Shown here in pieces: positions 36,283-45,972 of a DNA stretch of 57,651 bases (positions within the stretch are counted from its first letter, which is position 1; every line of letters begins with the position of its first letter). The notes beneath the pieces are model-generated. The model saw only the letters and a list, made by a program, of their open reading frames with translations. It did no database searches and had not been told where the DNA came from. The translations under genes and the position numbers were made by a program. The stretch spans positions 1-57,651 of the forward strand of contig JBDTZG010000033.1 in assembly GCA_040005235.1 (NCBI GenBank), read 5' to 3'. Source of the stretch: Acidobacteriota bacterium (GTDB lineage: Bacteria > Acidobacteriota > Thermoanaerobaculia > Multivoradales > UBA5704).

Positions 36283-39200
36283 TCAGGCGGCAGGCCTCGA
36301 TCCGCGCGCGAGGCGCGGGGCGCTAAGGATCTCGGCGGCTTGCCGGGCGATTTTGCCAAAGCGCCCCGCGTTTGCGTCCCGCTCCAATTGCTCGGCGAGC
36401 GCGCGGACCCGTTCCGGATGGTCGCCGCGGGCGAGCGCGAGGCGCACTTCTAATAACCGGGTTTCCAGCAACAGGGTGCCTTGCGAGTTGGTGCGGCATT
36501 CGGCTTCGGCGGAGGCGAGCAGCCGCTCCGCCTCGGCCCAATCGCGAGTGCCGAGGGCGACGGCGGCCGACGCGAGTTTCCACTGCACCCGCGTCTCCAG
36601 CCTTTGCGACGTGGCCGCGCCGCGAGCCCGCTCGGCCCAGGCCGCCGCCTGGCGCGGCGACCCCGCTTCGCTCCAGCAGCGGACGAGGAGGATGCGGTTC
36701 AACTCGGCGGCCGGATGGTTCATTTCTTCGAGCTGGCGCAGGGAACCCTCCTCGCCGCGGCAGACCGAAGGAGAGGGGCGGGCCACCTGTCGGCGGGAGG
36801 CGAGCAAGACGGCCAAGTCGCTCGCCCGGCCCGCCTCGGGAAACAGCGCCGCGGCGCGATCGAACCAGTCGAGGGCTTGGGCGTCTTGGCCCAAGACGGC
36901 GGTCCATTCCGCGCGCAGCCAGAACAAGGTGGCGAGATCGCGTTGCGCGCCGAGCTTCCGGGCCACGGCCTCGATCTCGACCAGCAGCGCCTCGGCTTCG
37001 GTAAGCTCGCCCCGCTGTTGCAAAATCGTCGCGAGCACCGCGCGGACGCGATTGCCGCCCAAGACATTGCCCGTTTCGGCATACAGGTCCAGCGCTTTCC
37101 GCGCGTTCGACTCGGCCGCGGTCAAGTGGCCGAGGTCGACGTCGAGGTTCGCCAGATTGAAGCGGAATCGCGCCTCCTCGGCGGGATCGCTGACGGCGCC
37201 GCGGGTCGCAATGTCCAGCGCCTCCGCGATCGTCGACCGGGCTGCGACCACCTGGCCGCGGTGGCGCTGCAAGATCCCGAGGTTGTTGAGCACCCGCATG
37301 ATCCCCGCGGGATTTCCCAGCCGCCGCCGCAGCCGCAGGCTCTCCTCGCAAGCTCGCTCGGCCTCGTCGTTTTGGGCGTCGCGGATCAGCGAGGTGCAGA
37401 GCAGTTGGAGGGAGCGGGCAACACCTCCGGTTTCGCCTTGCGCGTGAAACAGAGCTTGAGCGCGCCTCGCCGCGGACCGCGCTTGCCCGTTGTCGCCGAG
37501 GGCGTCGTACGCTCCTCCCAAACTGAGCGAAGCCCGGGCCGAAAGGGCGGGGAAACCTTGGGCGAGAGCGTCGTCGGCGAGTTTTTCCGCTCGTTCCTGG
37601 ACGTCGTGCGAGCGACCCAACGGGGCGAGCGCTTCGAGCTCGATTTCGCCCAGCCGCAGGCGCTGCGAAAGAGAGGAAACCACCGGCCGCAGCTTGGCGA
37701 CGATCTCCAGCGCCTCGGCCGGCCGGCCGCCGGTCGCCAGGCTTTCGGCGAAGCGCAGGCCGACTTCCGCGCGGTCCGGCCGGAGCAGCCAGAGCGAGCG
37801 CAGCAACTCGGCCTCCTTGGCCCGCTGGCCGGAGGTTCGCAGCGCCACCGAGGCGACCAGCAGCTCGCTTTCCCGCGGCAGCTCCGCGCTGCTCGCGAGC
37901 GCCTTCTGTCCTTCGCGGTGCGCCTCTTCGTCCCGATCGGCTAACGCCAACGCGTCGGCGAGAGCGGCGTGGACGAGAGGATGGTTGGGATCGGCGGACA
38001 CCGCGGCGCGCAATGCGGAGAGGGCCGCGGTCGAATCGCCGCGCGCCGCGGCGTCGAGCCCTTGGGCGTAGCTCGCCCGGGCGGATGGGGCGACCGGCGC
38101 CGCGAGCCAGGGCGAGGCATCGGCAGCGACCGGGCGCGGAAAGGTGCCGCGCGAGGCGCCCGAGAGCCAGAGCGCGGCCACCGTAAGAAGAGCTACGACG
38201 AGGGCCGCGTTCAGCCACAGCCAGCGCCTTCGGCGAACGTGTTTGACGATTCCGTAGAGCCGGGAACCGCGCCGGGCGAGCACGGTCCGCCCTTCGAGGT
38301 AACGCACGAGATCCGCGGCGAAATCGGCGGCGGAGGCGTAGCGCGCGGCGGGCTCTTTTCGCAGCGCTTTGGCGAGGATCGCGTCGAGGTCACCGCCCAG
38401 GCCGGCGGGCTGCGGCTCCTGTTCTCGGATCGCCAGGTCGAGCGCCTCGGGACCGGTTTGGGTGAGCTTGTAGGGCCGCCGGCCGACGAGAAGTTGGTAG
38501 AGGACGACCCCGAGCGAGTAGACGTCCGAAGCGCGTTCGACCGGCTCTCCGCGAATCTGCTCGGGGCTCGCGTAGGCGGGGGTCATCGCTCGATGCCGGG
38601 TCTCCGTGACGTCCGCCGTTCCGGATTCCCCTTCGAGCAGCCGCGCGATGCCGAAGTCGAGCAGCTTCGGCTCGCCGCGTTCCGAGACCAGCAGGTTGCC
38701 GGGCTTCAAGTCCCGATGGACCACCGACGAGCCGTGCGCGTGCTCGACCGCTTGGAGAACCTTGAGGAACAGCCCGATTCGTTCGCGGAGCGTGGCCCCG
38801 GTGCGTTCGCAGTGTTCGATCAGCGTCGTGCCGCGGACCAGCTCCATCGCGAGATAGGGCTGCCCGGACGGGGTGATCCCCGCGTCGTACAGGCGCGCGA
38901 TGCCGGGATGTTCGAGCGCGGCGAGAATGCTCTGCTCGGCGCGAAACCGGCGCAGCAGGGAAGCGTCCACCCACCGGCCGAGCACCTTGAGCGCCACTTG
39001 GCGCGTGAATCCCTCGCCGAGCTGCTCGGCGATGTAGACCGTGGCGCTCCCGCCGCGGCCGATGGATGCAAGAATCCGATAGCCGGGAATCGGCTCGGGA
39101 GACTCCGGAACGGCGCCCAGCTCGCGCAGCGGCGGCTGGTCGAGCGGCGTGGTCGAGCGTTCGGCTTCGGCGAGCAGGGCGCGCAGCTCGGCCGCGAATT

Positions 39201-39312
39201 CCGGATCGTCGCCGCTCCAGCCGCGGATCGCTTCGTCGCGCTCGGGCGCCGCGAGGTCCTGCACCTGGTCGAACGCCGCGCGGAGCCGGCCGAACCGCGG
39301 GTCTCGGGTCAT
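36283..39312 (-). CDS. Ser/Thr protein kinase with TM helix and TPR region (kinase 2)
   Basis: GRGGSATVY, VALK, HRDLKPGN, DFGIA, TPAYASPEQ; TM helix after RRRR; TPR C-terminus. Confidence 0.95.
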   Translation of the reverse strand: MTRDPRFGRLRAAFDQVQDLAAPERDEAIRGWSGDDPEFAAELRALLAEAERSTTPLDQPPLRELGAVPESPEPIPGYRILASIGRGGSATVYIAEQLGEGFTRQVALKVLGRWVDASLLRRFRAEQSILAALEHPGIARLYDAGITPSGQPYLAMELVRGTTLIEHCERTGATLRERIGLFLKVLQAVEHAHGSSVVHRDLKPGNLLVSERGEPKLLDFGIARLLEGESGTADVTETRHRAMTPAYASPEQIRGEPVERASDVYSLGVVLYQLLVGRRPYKLTQTGPEALDLAIREQEPQPAGLGGDLDAILAKALRKEPAARYASAADFAADLVRYLEGRTVLARRGSRLYGIVKHVRRRRWLWLNAALVVALLTVAALWLSGASRGTFPRPVAADASPWLAAPVAPSARASYAQGLDAAARGDSTAALSALRAAVSADPNHPLVHAALADALALADRDEEAHREGQKALASSAELPRESELLVASVALRTSGQRAKEAELLRSLWLLRPDRAEVGLRFAESLATGGRPAEALEIVAKLRPVVSSLSQRLRLGEIELEALAPLGRSHDVQERAEKLADDALAQGFPALSARASLSLGGAYDALGDNGQARSAARRAQALFHAQGETGGVARSLQLLCTSLIRDAQNDEAERACEESLRLRRRLGNPAGIMRVLNNLGILQRHRGQVVAARSTIAEALDIATRGAVSDPAEEARFRFNLANLDVDLGHLTAAESNARKALDLYAETGNVLGGNRVRAVLATILQQRGELTEAEALLVEIEAVARKLGAQRDLATLFWLRAEWTAVLGQDAQALDWFDRAAALFPEAGRASDLAVLLASRRQVARPSPSVCRGEEGSLRQLEEMNHPAAELNRILLVRCWSEAGSPRQAAAWAERARGAATSQRLETRVQWKLASAAVALGTRDWAEAERLLASAEAECRTNSQGTLLLETRLLEVRLALARGDHPERVRALAEQLERDANAGRFGKIARQAAEILSAPRLARGSRPAA

Positions 39313-39352
39313 CCTCGGCCGCCTCGCCCTACCGCCATCGGCCCCGGCCTCT

Positions 39353-42300
39353 CTACCCGCGGGCGAGGCGCGGGACGCGGAGGATCTTGCCCGCCTCTTC
39401 GGCGACCTTGCCGAAAAGGCCCGCCTTCGCGTCGCGCTCCAGCTCCTCGGCCAGCGTGCGAACCCGCTCGGGGTGATCGCCCCGGGCGAGCGCGAGCCGG
39501 GTTTCGAGCAGCCGGGTCTCCATCAGGTGGTAGCCGAGCGAGACGCGGCGGCATTCCGCGGCAGCCTCTTGGAGGATTTCGTCCGCATCCGACCAACGGC
39601 GCGCGCCGAGCGCCACGGCGGCTTTAGCTAGCTTGAATTCCACCCGGATCGAAGGCAGTTGCGAAGCGGTCGCCTCTTTCTCAGAGCGGTCGAGCCAGCG
39701 CTTCGCCTGGGCGGAAAACCCCGCGTCGCTCCAGCAGCGCGAAATGCCCACCGCAAGCTCGACGGAGGTCCGATCGCCGAGCCGGGTAAGCTCCTGCTCC
39801 GACGATTCGAGCTCGCGGCAGGAGCGCTCCGAAGGTTCCGCCAGCTGCTTCCTCGAAGCCTCGAACCGGGCGATCATCTCTCCCGCGCTGACGCTTTGGA
39901 GCGGAACCGCGGTCTGGTCGTACCAGCGGCGGGCGTCGTCCATTTTTCCTTCGAGCTTCGCCAGGTCGCCGCGCTGCCAGTGAGTGTTGGCGAGGTCGCT
40001 CGGCGAACCGGCTTTCCGCGCGATCGGTTCGGCTTCGTCGAGGACGGTTCCGGCCTCGGCGAGCGCGCCGCGATACATCAGCACCACGGTGAGAGAACCG
40101 AGCGTGCGCATCAGGCTGAGCTGATTGCCGGCTTCGCGCAGGATCACGATCGCCTGGCGGAAGCCGTTTTCCGCCTCGGCGAGATTCCCCAGGTCCATGT
40201 CGAGGTTCGCGAGGTTGTGCAGATATTTTCCCTGGGCGACGCGGTCGCCGAGGACGCTCTGGCGCTCGATCTGAAGCGCTCCGGAAAACGACTCCCGGGC
40301 CTCCAGGATGAGGCCGCGGCGTCTGCGGGATATCCCCAGGTTGCTGAGGGCGCGGGCGAGACCGCTCGAATTGCCTAATTTTTTCGCCCGCCGCGAGCAC
40401 TCGCCGCACAACCTCTCGGCTTCCTCGTGGCGCGACTGCCGCACCGCCCCGAGGCACTCCAGGTTCAGCGCCCGGACGACGCCTCCGCCCTCGCCCCGCG
40501 GTACGAACAGGCGCCGGGCCTCCTCCGCGAGCGGAATCGATTGATCGCGTTGGCCCATGCCGTCCCGGCCCTGACTCTCTTGCAGCAGCGCCTGGGCGGC
40601 GAGGAGCGGCAGTTTGCGCGCCTTCGCCGCGGCGACGGTCGCCTGCGCGATCCGGGCGGCATCGACCGGGCGTCCCAGGGCGTTCATCGCTTCGGCCTCG
40701 ACCAGGTTGATCCGCAGGTCGGCCCCCGGCGGTTGGCTCTGAGCGGGCAAAGCGCGAAGTTTCGCGGCCAGCTGGAGCGCCTCATCCGGCGTTCCGCCTT
40801 CGACGAGGCTTTTGGCGAGCAGATAGCCGACCTCAAAATTGCCCGGGGCGAGCAGCCAAAGCGAGCGGCGCCGCTCCAGCTCGTCGGACTTCTTTCCCGA
40901 AGTCTGGAGCGCCACCGCTTCAATCAGCAATCGGCTCTCACGCGGTGCCCGCAGGGCCAATTGGAGCGCCTGCTGTCCCTCGGATCGGGCGAGCAGGTCG
41001 TGGCCCGCCCGGGAGTGCGCGGTCGCGAGCGCAGCGTGCACCAACGGCTGGTTGGGATCCTCTGTCTCGGCGGCGCGCAGTTTGGCGATCGCCGCCGTCG
41101 TCTCGGAGCGCGCCAAGGCGTCGAGCCCTTCGGCGTAGCTCGCCCGAGCCGCCGCCGCGATCGGCATCGCGAGCCAGGGGGAGGCGTTGGGATCGACGGC
41201 GGCCGCCCCCGAAAGTCCCCCGGCCAGCCAGATTCCGACGCCGGCCAGCAAAAGCGCCGCGAGGGCGGCGTTGAGCCAGAGCGCGCGCCGCCGACGGACC
41301 TCCTTGCCCAGGCGATAGACCAGCGAGCCGCGCCGCGCAAGGACCGACCGGCCGTCCAGATAGCGCCGCAGATCGGCCGCAAAGTCGGCGGCCGAGGCGT
41401 AGCGTTCCTCGGGCTCTTTGCGCAGCGCCTTGGCGACGATCGCGTCGAGATCGCCGCCCAGGCCCGGAGGATCCGGATCCTGATCGCGGATCGCGCGCTC
41501 CAACGCTTCGAGGCTGGTGTCGCCGATTTTGTAGGGCCGCCGACCGGTGAGCAGCTCGTAGAGGACCACGCCGAGCGAATAGATGTCCGAGGGTCGCTCG
41601 ACCGGCTCGCCGCGCACCTGCTCGGGGCTCGCGTAGGCGGGAGTCATCGCGCGATGGCGGGTCTCGGTGACGTCGAGATTCCCTGCGGCCTCCGGCGCGT
41701 GCAGCCGCGCGATGCCGAAATCGAGCAGCTTCGGCTCGCCCCGCTCGGAGACCAGGATGTTGCCCGGCTTCAAATCGCGATGGACGATCGACGAGGCGTG
41801 CGCATGCCCGACCGCTTCGAGCACCGACAGGAACAGCGCGATCCGGTCGCGCAGGGGGGGGGCCTCGATTCGCTTGCAGTGCTCGACCAGCGAGACGCCG
41901 CGCACCAGCTCCATCGCGAGGAAAGGCCGCCCCGAGGCGGTGATCCCCGCGTCGTAGAGCCGGGCGATGCCGGGATGTTCAAGAGCGGCCAAAATCCGCT
42001 GCTCGGCGCGAAATCCGCGCAGCAGCGAAGCGTCCACCCAGCGGCCGAGCACCTTGAGCGCCACCGGCCGGGTGAAGCCATCCCCCTGCTGCTCGGCGAG
42101 GTAGACGGTGGCGCTGCCGCCCCGGCCGATCGGTTCGATCAGCCGGTAGCCGGGGATCGTTTCCGGGGCTCCCGCGCCCGGTGCCTCCTCCTCCGGGGAC
42201 CCACCCTTCGAGTCGCGCAACGCGCGGAGCGGCGGAGTGTCGAGCGGCGTGGTCGAACGCTCGTCGGCGGCGAGCAGGGCGCGCAGCTCGGCCTCGAACG

Positions 42301-42412
42301 CGAGATCCGCGCCGCTCAAGCGGCGGATCGCCTCATCGCGGCCGGCCGGCCCTCCCTCGAGGACTTCGTGGAACGCCGCGCGCAGGCGACCGAAACGCTC
42401 CTCGGCAATCAT
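39353..42412 (-). CDS. Ser/Thr protein kinase with TM helix and TPR region (kinase 1)
   Basis: Same kinase motifs; ATG 42412 is ATGA-coupled to the ECF stop. Confidence 0.95.
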   Translation of the reverse strand: MIAEERFGRLRAAFHEVLEGGPAGRDEAIRRLSGADLAFEAELRALLAADERSTTPLDTPPLRALRDSKGGSPEEEAPGAGAPETIPGYRLIEPIGRGGSATVYLAEQQGDGFTRPVALKVLGRWVDASLLRGFRAEQRILAALEHPGIARLYDAGITASGRPFLAMELVRGVSLVEHCKRIEAPPLRDRIALFLSVLEAVGHAHASSIVHRDLKPGNILVSERGEPKLLDFGIARLHAPEAAGNLDVTETRHRAMTPAYASPEQVRGEPVERPSDIYSLGVVLYELLTGRRPYKIGDTSLEALERAIRDQDPDPPGLGGDLDAIVAKALRKEPEERYASAADFAADLRRYLDGRSVLARRGSLVYRLGKEVRRRRALWLNAALAALLLAGVGIWLAGGLSGAAAVDPNASPWLAMPIAAAARASYAEGLDALARSETTAAIAKLRAAETEDPNQPLVHAALATAHSRAGHDLLARSEGQQALQLALRAPRESRLLIEAVALQTSGKKSDELERRRSLWLLAPGNFEVGYLLAKSLVEGGTPDEALQLAAKLRALPAQSQPPGADLRINLVEAEAMNALGRPVDAARIAQATVAAAKARKLPLLAAQALLQESQGRDGMGQRDQSIPLAEEARRLFVPRGEGGGVVRALNLECLGAVRQSRHEEAERLCGECSRRAKKLGNSSGLARALSNLGISRRRRGLILEARESFSGALQIERQSVLGDRVAQGKYLHNLANLDMDLGNLAEAENGFRQAIVILREAGNQLSLMRTLGSLTVVLMYRGALAEAGTVLDEAEPIARKAGSPSDLANTHWQRGDLAKLEGKMDDARRWYDQTAVPLQSVSAGEMIARFEASRKQLAEPSERSCRELESSEQELTRLGDRTSVELAVGISRCWSDAGFSAQAKRWLDRSEKEATASQLPSIRVEFKLAKAAVALGARRWSDADEILQEAAAECRRVSLGYHLMETRLLETRLALARGDHPERVRTLAEELERDAKAGLFGKVAEEAGKILRVPRLARG

Positions 42413-43032
42413 CGCGGGGCCGCCGTCCCGAGGGCGCCGAGATCCTTGAGCAGCCAAGCGCGGGCGAACGCCCAATCCCGCTTCACCGTCCGGGGCGAGC
42501 ATTCAAGCACCTCCGCCGCCTCCTCGACCGTGAGGCCGCCGAAGAACCGCACCTCGACCAGCCGGGCCAGCCGCGGCTCCTCGGCCGACAATCGGTCGAG
42601 CGAGCGGTCGAGGTCGATCAACTCGGCGGCCGAGAGCGTCGATTCGACTCCTCCCGCATCGCTGTCGAGCAGCGAGACGTGAGGGGACTCCGCGCCGCGC
42701 TTCGCGGCCATCTTGCCTCGCGCGTGGTCGACCAAGATCCGGCGCATGATCCGGGAAGAGAAGGCGAAGAAATGGGTGCGGTCGTGCCACTGGATGTCGC
42801 GCAGGCCGCGCAGCTTCAAGAACGCCTCGTGCACCAACGCGGTCGGCTGGAGGGTGTGCCCCGCGCGCTCGCCCTGAAGCTGCCGGTCGGCGAGCCGGCG
42901 CAGCTCCAGATAGACGGCGGGAACCAGCCGTTCGAGCGCCTGGTCGTTGCCGCTGCGCCAGACGGCGAGCAGTTCGGTGATCTCGCGCGGATCGGTCTCC
43001 GCGCCGGATGGACCGGAAGAGCGTTCGCTCAA
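42409..43032 (-). CDS. ECF43-like sigma factor (TIGR02999 type, kinase-associated)
   Basis: ITELL..W..G...AL..L.P.VY.ELRRLA, HTLQPTALVHEA, MRRILVDHAR, RFFGGL, TVKRDW..ARAWL; TTG 43032 with GGAG RBS. Confidence 0.93.
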   Translation of the reverse strand: MSERSSGPSGAETDPREITELLAVWRSGNDQALERLVPAVYLELRRLADRQLQGERAGHTLQPTALVHEAFLKLRGLRDIQWHDRTHFFAFSSRIMRRILVDHARGKMAAKRGAESPHVSLLDSDAGGVESTLSAAELIDLDRSLDRLSAEEPRLARLVEVRFFGGLTVEEAAEVLECSPRTVKRDWAFARAWLLKDLGALGTAAPR

Positions 43033-43097
43033 GAGTAACTCCGCATTGCAGGTACCTACGATTCTGGCGCCGATCGTATCCAAAACGTTGCACGACG

Positions 43098-43127
43098 TGG
43101 CCCCAATTTGCGCGTCCCTTCGCCTCT
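43098..43127 (+). promoter_or_regulatory. Putative ECF promoter TGGCCCC-N16-CGCCTCT (copy 3)
   Basis: Divergent from the ECF43-like gene, 43 bp upstream of ATG 43171. Confidence 0.75.
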
Positions 43128-43170
43128 AGGGCAGCAGGTCCAACCGGCGGACCTTGAAACGGAGAGGCTC

Positions 43171-44517
43171 ATGCGTGGAAAACATCGGTTCCCGCTCTTT
43201 CTCGTCACCACCCTTTGTGCGTTGCCGCTCAGCGCCGCGAACTACAAAGTCCAGCATCTGAACGATAGTTCGACCCTGGGCGACGGCTGCTCGCTCCGCG
43301 AGGCGATTGCCGCCCACAACTCGTCGAACCTGAAAGGCGCCAACGAATGCGGCGCGTTCGACCCCGGTGCCGACTCGATCGAGTTTCCCGGATTGACCGG
43401 TACCCTCCGGCTCAATTCCACCCTGGGCGAGCTGGTGCTCACCGAGCCCGCGCTCACCCTGCAAGGGCCGGGAGCGAATCTGCTCGCGATCTCCGGCGGC
43501 AAGGTGATGTCGGTTCTGGTGCTCGACCGCGATCGCCCGGCCGCTTTGACCGTGCGCGGCCTCACGATCCGCGACGGGCTCGGATCTCCGGTGGCCGGCG
43601 GTCCGAGCGGCCAGGGGGGCGGCATTCGAATGGAGCTCGGCGGAGCGGTCCTCGCGCAACCGACGACGATCGTCATCGAGGATTCCGCCCTCCTGGCCAA
43701 CTCCGTTCCGTTCGCGGGAGCCTCGCGCGGCGCGGCGATCACCTCGTACGGATCTTTGGTCCTGCGCCGCAGCCTGGTGCGCTTCAATCAATCGGATTTC
43801 GGAGCGATCTTTCACACCGGCGATGCCCTGATCGAGGACTCGGAATTCAGCGACAACCTGGGCCAGTATCTGGGCTCGGCGGTCGTCCTCTACCCGCCCG
43901 GTCCATGGATCGTGCGCAGAACGCTGTTCCGCGACAACGTCGATATTCAGGACGGACCGTCGGGTCTGTTGTTGGTCGGGACTGCGGGCTCAGGAATCGT
44001 CGAGAATTGCACCTTCACCGGCAACTCCTCTTCGACCGGCAGCGTCGTGATGACCCAGGCGCCGATCACAGTGCGCAACTCGACGTTCTACGCCAACAAA
44101 GTGACCGGCTATCCCGGCGGCGGCGGAGTGCTGCACGTGGACCTCTCAACCGTCCGATTAGCCTCCAACCTGTTCGGCAAGCACGAGCTGCGCGACATTT
44201 CTGTGAACCCGAACCACGGAGCGGCGGTCGATGCGACCTACAACCTGTTTCACTCCGATGCCGCGAGCCTGCCGCCAGGGGTGGTCTGCGCCACCTCGAC
44301 TCTGGGGGGAGCGAACCTGTGCGGCGTGGCCGCTGCCGGGGTCGGTTCGCTCGGCCCCAACGGTGGATCGACCTGGACGATCCCGCTGCTGGCGGCGAGC
44401 CCTGCGATCAACGCGGGAAGCAGCCCGGGAAGCTTGACGACCGATCAACGGGGTCCCGGTTTCGCCCGAAGCGTGGGGCTTGGTACGGACATTGGTGCGT
44501 TTGAGGTCCAGCCGTAG
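43171..44517 (+). CDS. CSLREA/choice-of-anchor Q beta-helix surface protein
   Basis: GCSLREAI, beta-helix repeats, LGPNGG.T.T..L...SPAINAG...DQRG..R...DIGAFE. Confidence 0.9.
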   Translation: MRGKHRFPLFLVTTLCALPLSAANYKVQHLNDSSTLGDGCSLREAIAAHNSSNLKGANECGAFDPGADSIEFPGLTGTLRLNSTLGELVLTEPALTLQGPGANLLAISGGKVMSVLVLDRDRPAALTVRGLTIRDGLGSPVAGGPSGQGGGIRMELGGAVLAQPTTIVIEDSALLANSVPFAGASRGAAITSYGSLVLRRSLVRFNQSDFGAIFHTGDALIEDSEFSDNLGQYLGSAVVLYPPGPWIVRRTLFRDNVDIQDGPSGLLLVGTAGSGIVENCTFTGNSSSTGSVVMTQAPITVRNSTFYANKVTGYPGGGGVLHVDLSTVRLASNLFGKHELRDISVNPNHGAAVDATYNLFHSDAASLPPGVVCATSTLGGANLCGVAAAGVGSLGPNGGSTWTIPLLAASPAINAGSSPGSLTTDQRGPGFARSVGLGTDIGAFEVQP

Positions 44518-44586
44518 GCGTTACGAGAGCCCGGGGCCTCTTTTAGATACCGTTACCGCCGAAAAATAAGGGCCACGGTGCCGTGA

Positions 44587-44810
44587 CTACGGCAGTCGCG
44601 GAAAATTTTGCGGCGGTAGCACCGGGATTGCGGTAGCCGTCGCAGCGTTCTCCGTAGTTTCGGCACGGCGATCACAATCCCAGAAGGATTGCGGCAGTCG
44701 GCGGCGCGATTGCGACAATTGCGGGCCGACTACCGTTGTCGCGAGACGGTGGCGGTCTCAAGATCACCGTCACCGCTGCAACTCGGCGACCACCGTCCTT
44801 GCGAGGCCAT
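44587..44810. repeat. Degenerate ~20-21-bp-periodic intergenic repeat
   Basis: ctacggcagtcgc (44587), ttgcggcggtagc (44608), ttgcggtagccgt (44628), ttgcggcagtcgg (44689), ttgcgacaattgc (44710), ctaccgttgtcgc (44730). Confidence 0.6.
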
Positions 44811-44968
44811 TGCACTCTTTGAACCTCGATAAAGGCTGCCGAGAGACAAGCGCCACCTGCTCTGCGGGCCTGGAAATTGGTCCTTGAAAGAACTATTTTC
44901 AGCGACAGCCATTGTCAACCGGCGACGGACAGATTGTCAAGCTTAGACCGGGCTTATAGATTAACTGC

Positions 44969-44999
44969 CGTCATCCCGAGCGGGAGCGAGGGATCTGGG
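44969..44999 (+). repeat. REP-like repeat, copy 1
   Basis: cgtcatcccgagcgggagcgagggatctggg; 30/31 identical to 45726-45756. Confidence 0.85.
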
Positions 45000-45118
45000 A
45001 GGGAGGGCCGCCTTGAATCCCCTAATGAACTGGGTCGGCATCCGCTGTGAAGCATCAGAGAGCACCTCTTTTGGTGCCCGGAGTGGTGCAATGCGAGCAC
45101 CACGCTTATACTTTGCCT

Positions 45119-45682
45119 ATGGCCGAGCCCCTTCGCTCCCTGCCGTTCACGTATGACGACTACCTCCTCCTGCCGGAGGACAGCCCGCAGTGCGAGCTGA
45201 TCGAGGGGGAGCTGCTGATGACGCCGGCGCCTACCGTGACCCACCAGACGCTTCTCGGGCGGCTGTTCGCGGCGATCTTCAATTTTCTCGCCACCTCGCC
45301 AATCGGGACCGTGCTCTTCGCACCCACGGATGTCGTGCTCTCGGAGACGACCGTCGTCCAGCCCGACCTCCTGTTCGTCGCCCGAGAGCACCGGAACCGC
45401 ATCGCAGAGGACGGAGTTCACGGTCCTCCCGATCTGGTGATCGAGATTCTTTCTACCGGCTCGAGCCATCGAGACGAAGTGATCAAGCCTCGGCTGTATG
45501 CCCAGCACGGCATCCCTGAATATTGGATCGTCGATCCGTTCCACGAAGTCGTGCGCGTGTTTCGTTTGGACGGGGACCGCTACCGGAAGGTCGTGGAGCT
45601 TCGAGCGAATGCGGGGGAACGCCTGACCTCATCGCTCCTGCCGGGACTGGCGATCGATCTCGGGGAGATTTTCGGTCACTGA
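45119..45682 (+). CDS. Uma2 family endonuclease
   Basis: FTYDDY..LPED...ELIEG, PAP...HQ, VQPDL, PDLVIEILS, IPEYWIVDP. Confidence 0.92.
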   Translation: MAEPLRSLPFTYDDYLLLPEDSPQCELIEGELLMTPAPTVTHQTLLGRLFAAIFNFLATSPIGTVLFAPTDVVLSETTVVQPDLLFVAREHRNRIAEDGVHGPPDLVIEILSTGSSHRDEVIKPRLYAQHGIPEYWIVDPFHEVVRVFRLDGDRYRKVVELRANAGERLTSSLLPGLAIDLGEIFGH

Positions 45683-45725
45683 CCCGCGCGGATTCGCGGC
45701 CCGTAGGACGAACACCTTCCGCCAT

Positions 45726-45756
45726 CGTCATCCCGAGCGAGAGCGAGGGATCTGGG
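45726..45756 (+). repeat. REP-like repeat, copy 2
   Basis: cgtcatcccgagcgagagcgagggatctggg. Confidence 0.85.
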
Positions 45757-45768
45757 GGCTGGGTGGCC

Positions 45769-45972
45769 TTAAAACCCCTTCGCGTTGGCCGAAGCCGCCG
45801 GTCTCCTAGAGGCCTTCACTCTCCCACCCTTCCAGAAAGCCGCGACTGAGGCGGCGTCGTTGGGGTTGTAGGGACATTCCGGGTCGTCAACCCACTCCGG
45901 GGCCTTCGCGATAGCCTCTGCGATTTCCTCGGTGCTGGTTGGTTACGGCTTTGAAGGTTGAGCAAGTTTCAT
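45769..45972 (-). pseudogene. Degraded BrnA-like antitoxin fragment
   Basis: ATG with an in-frame TAA at codon 10, then EEIAEAIAKAPEWVDDPECPYNPNDAASVAAFWKG, resembling N-termini of some BrnA antitoxins. Confidence 0.45.
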
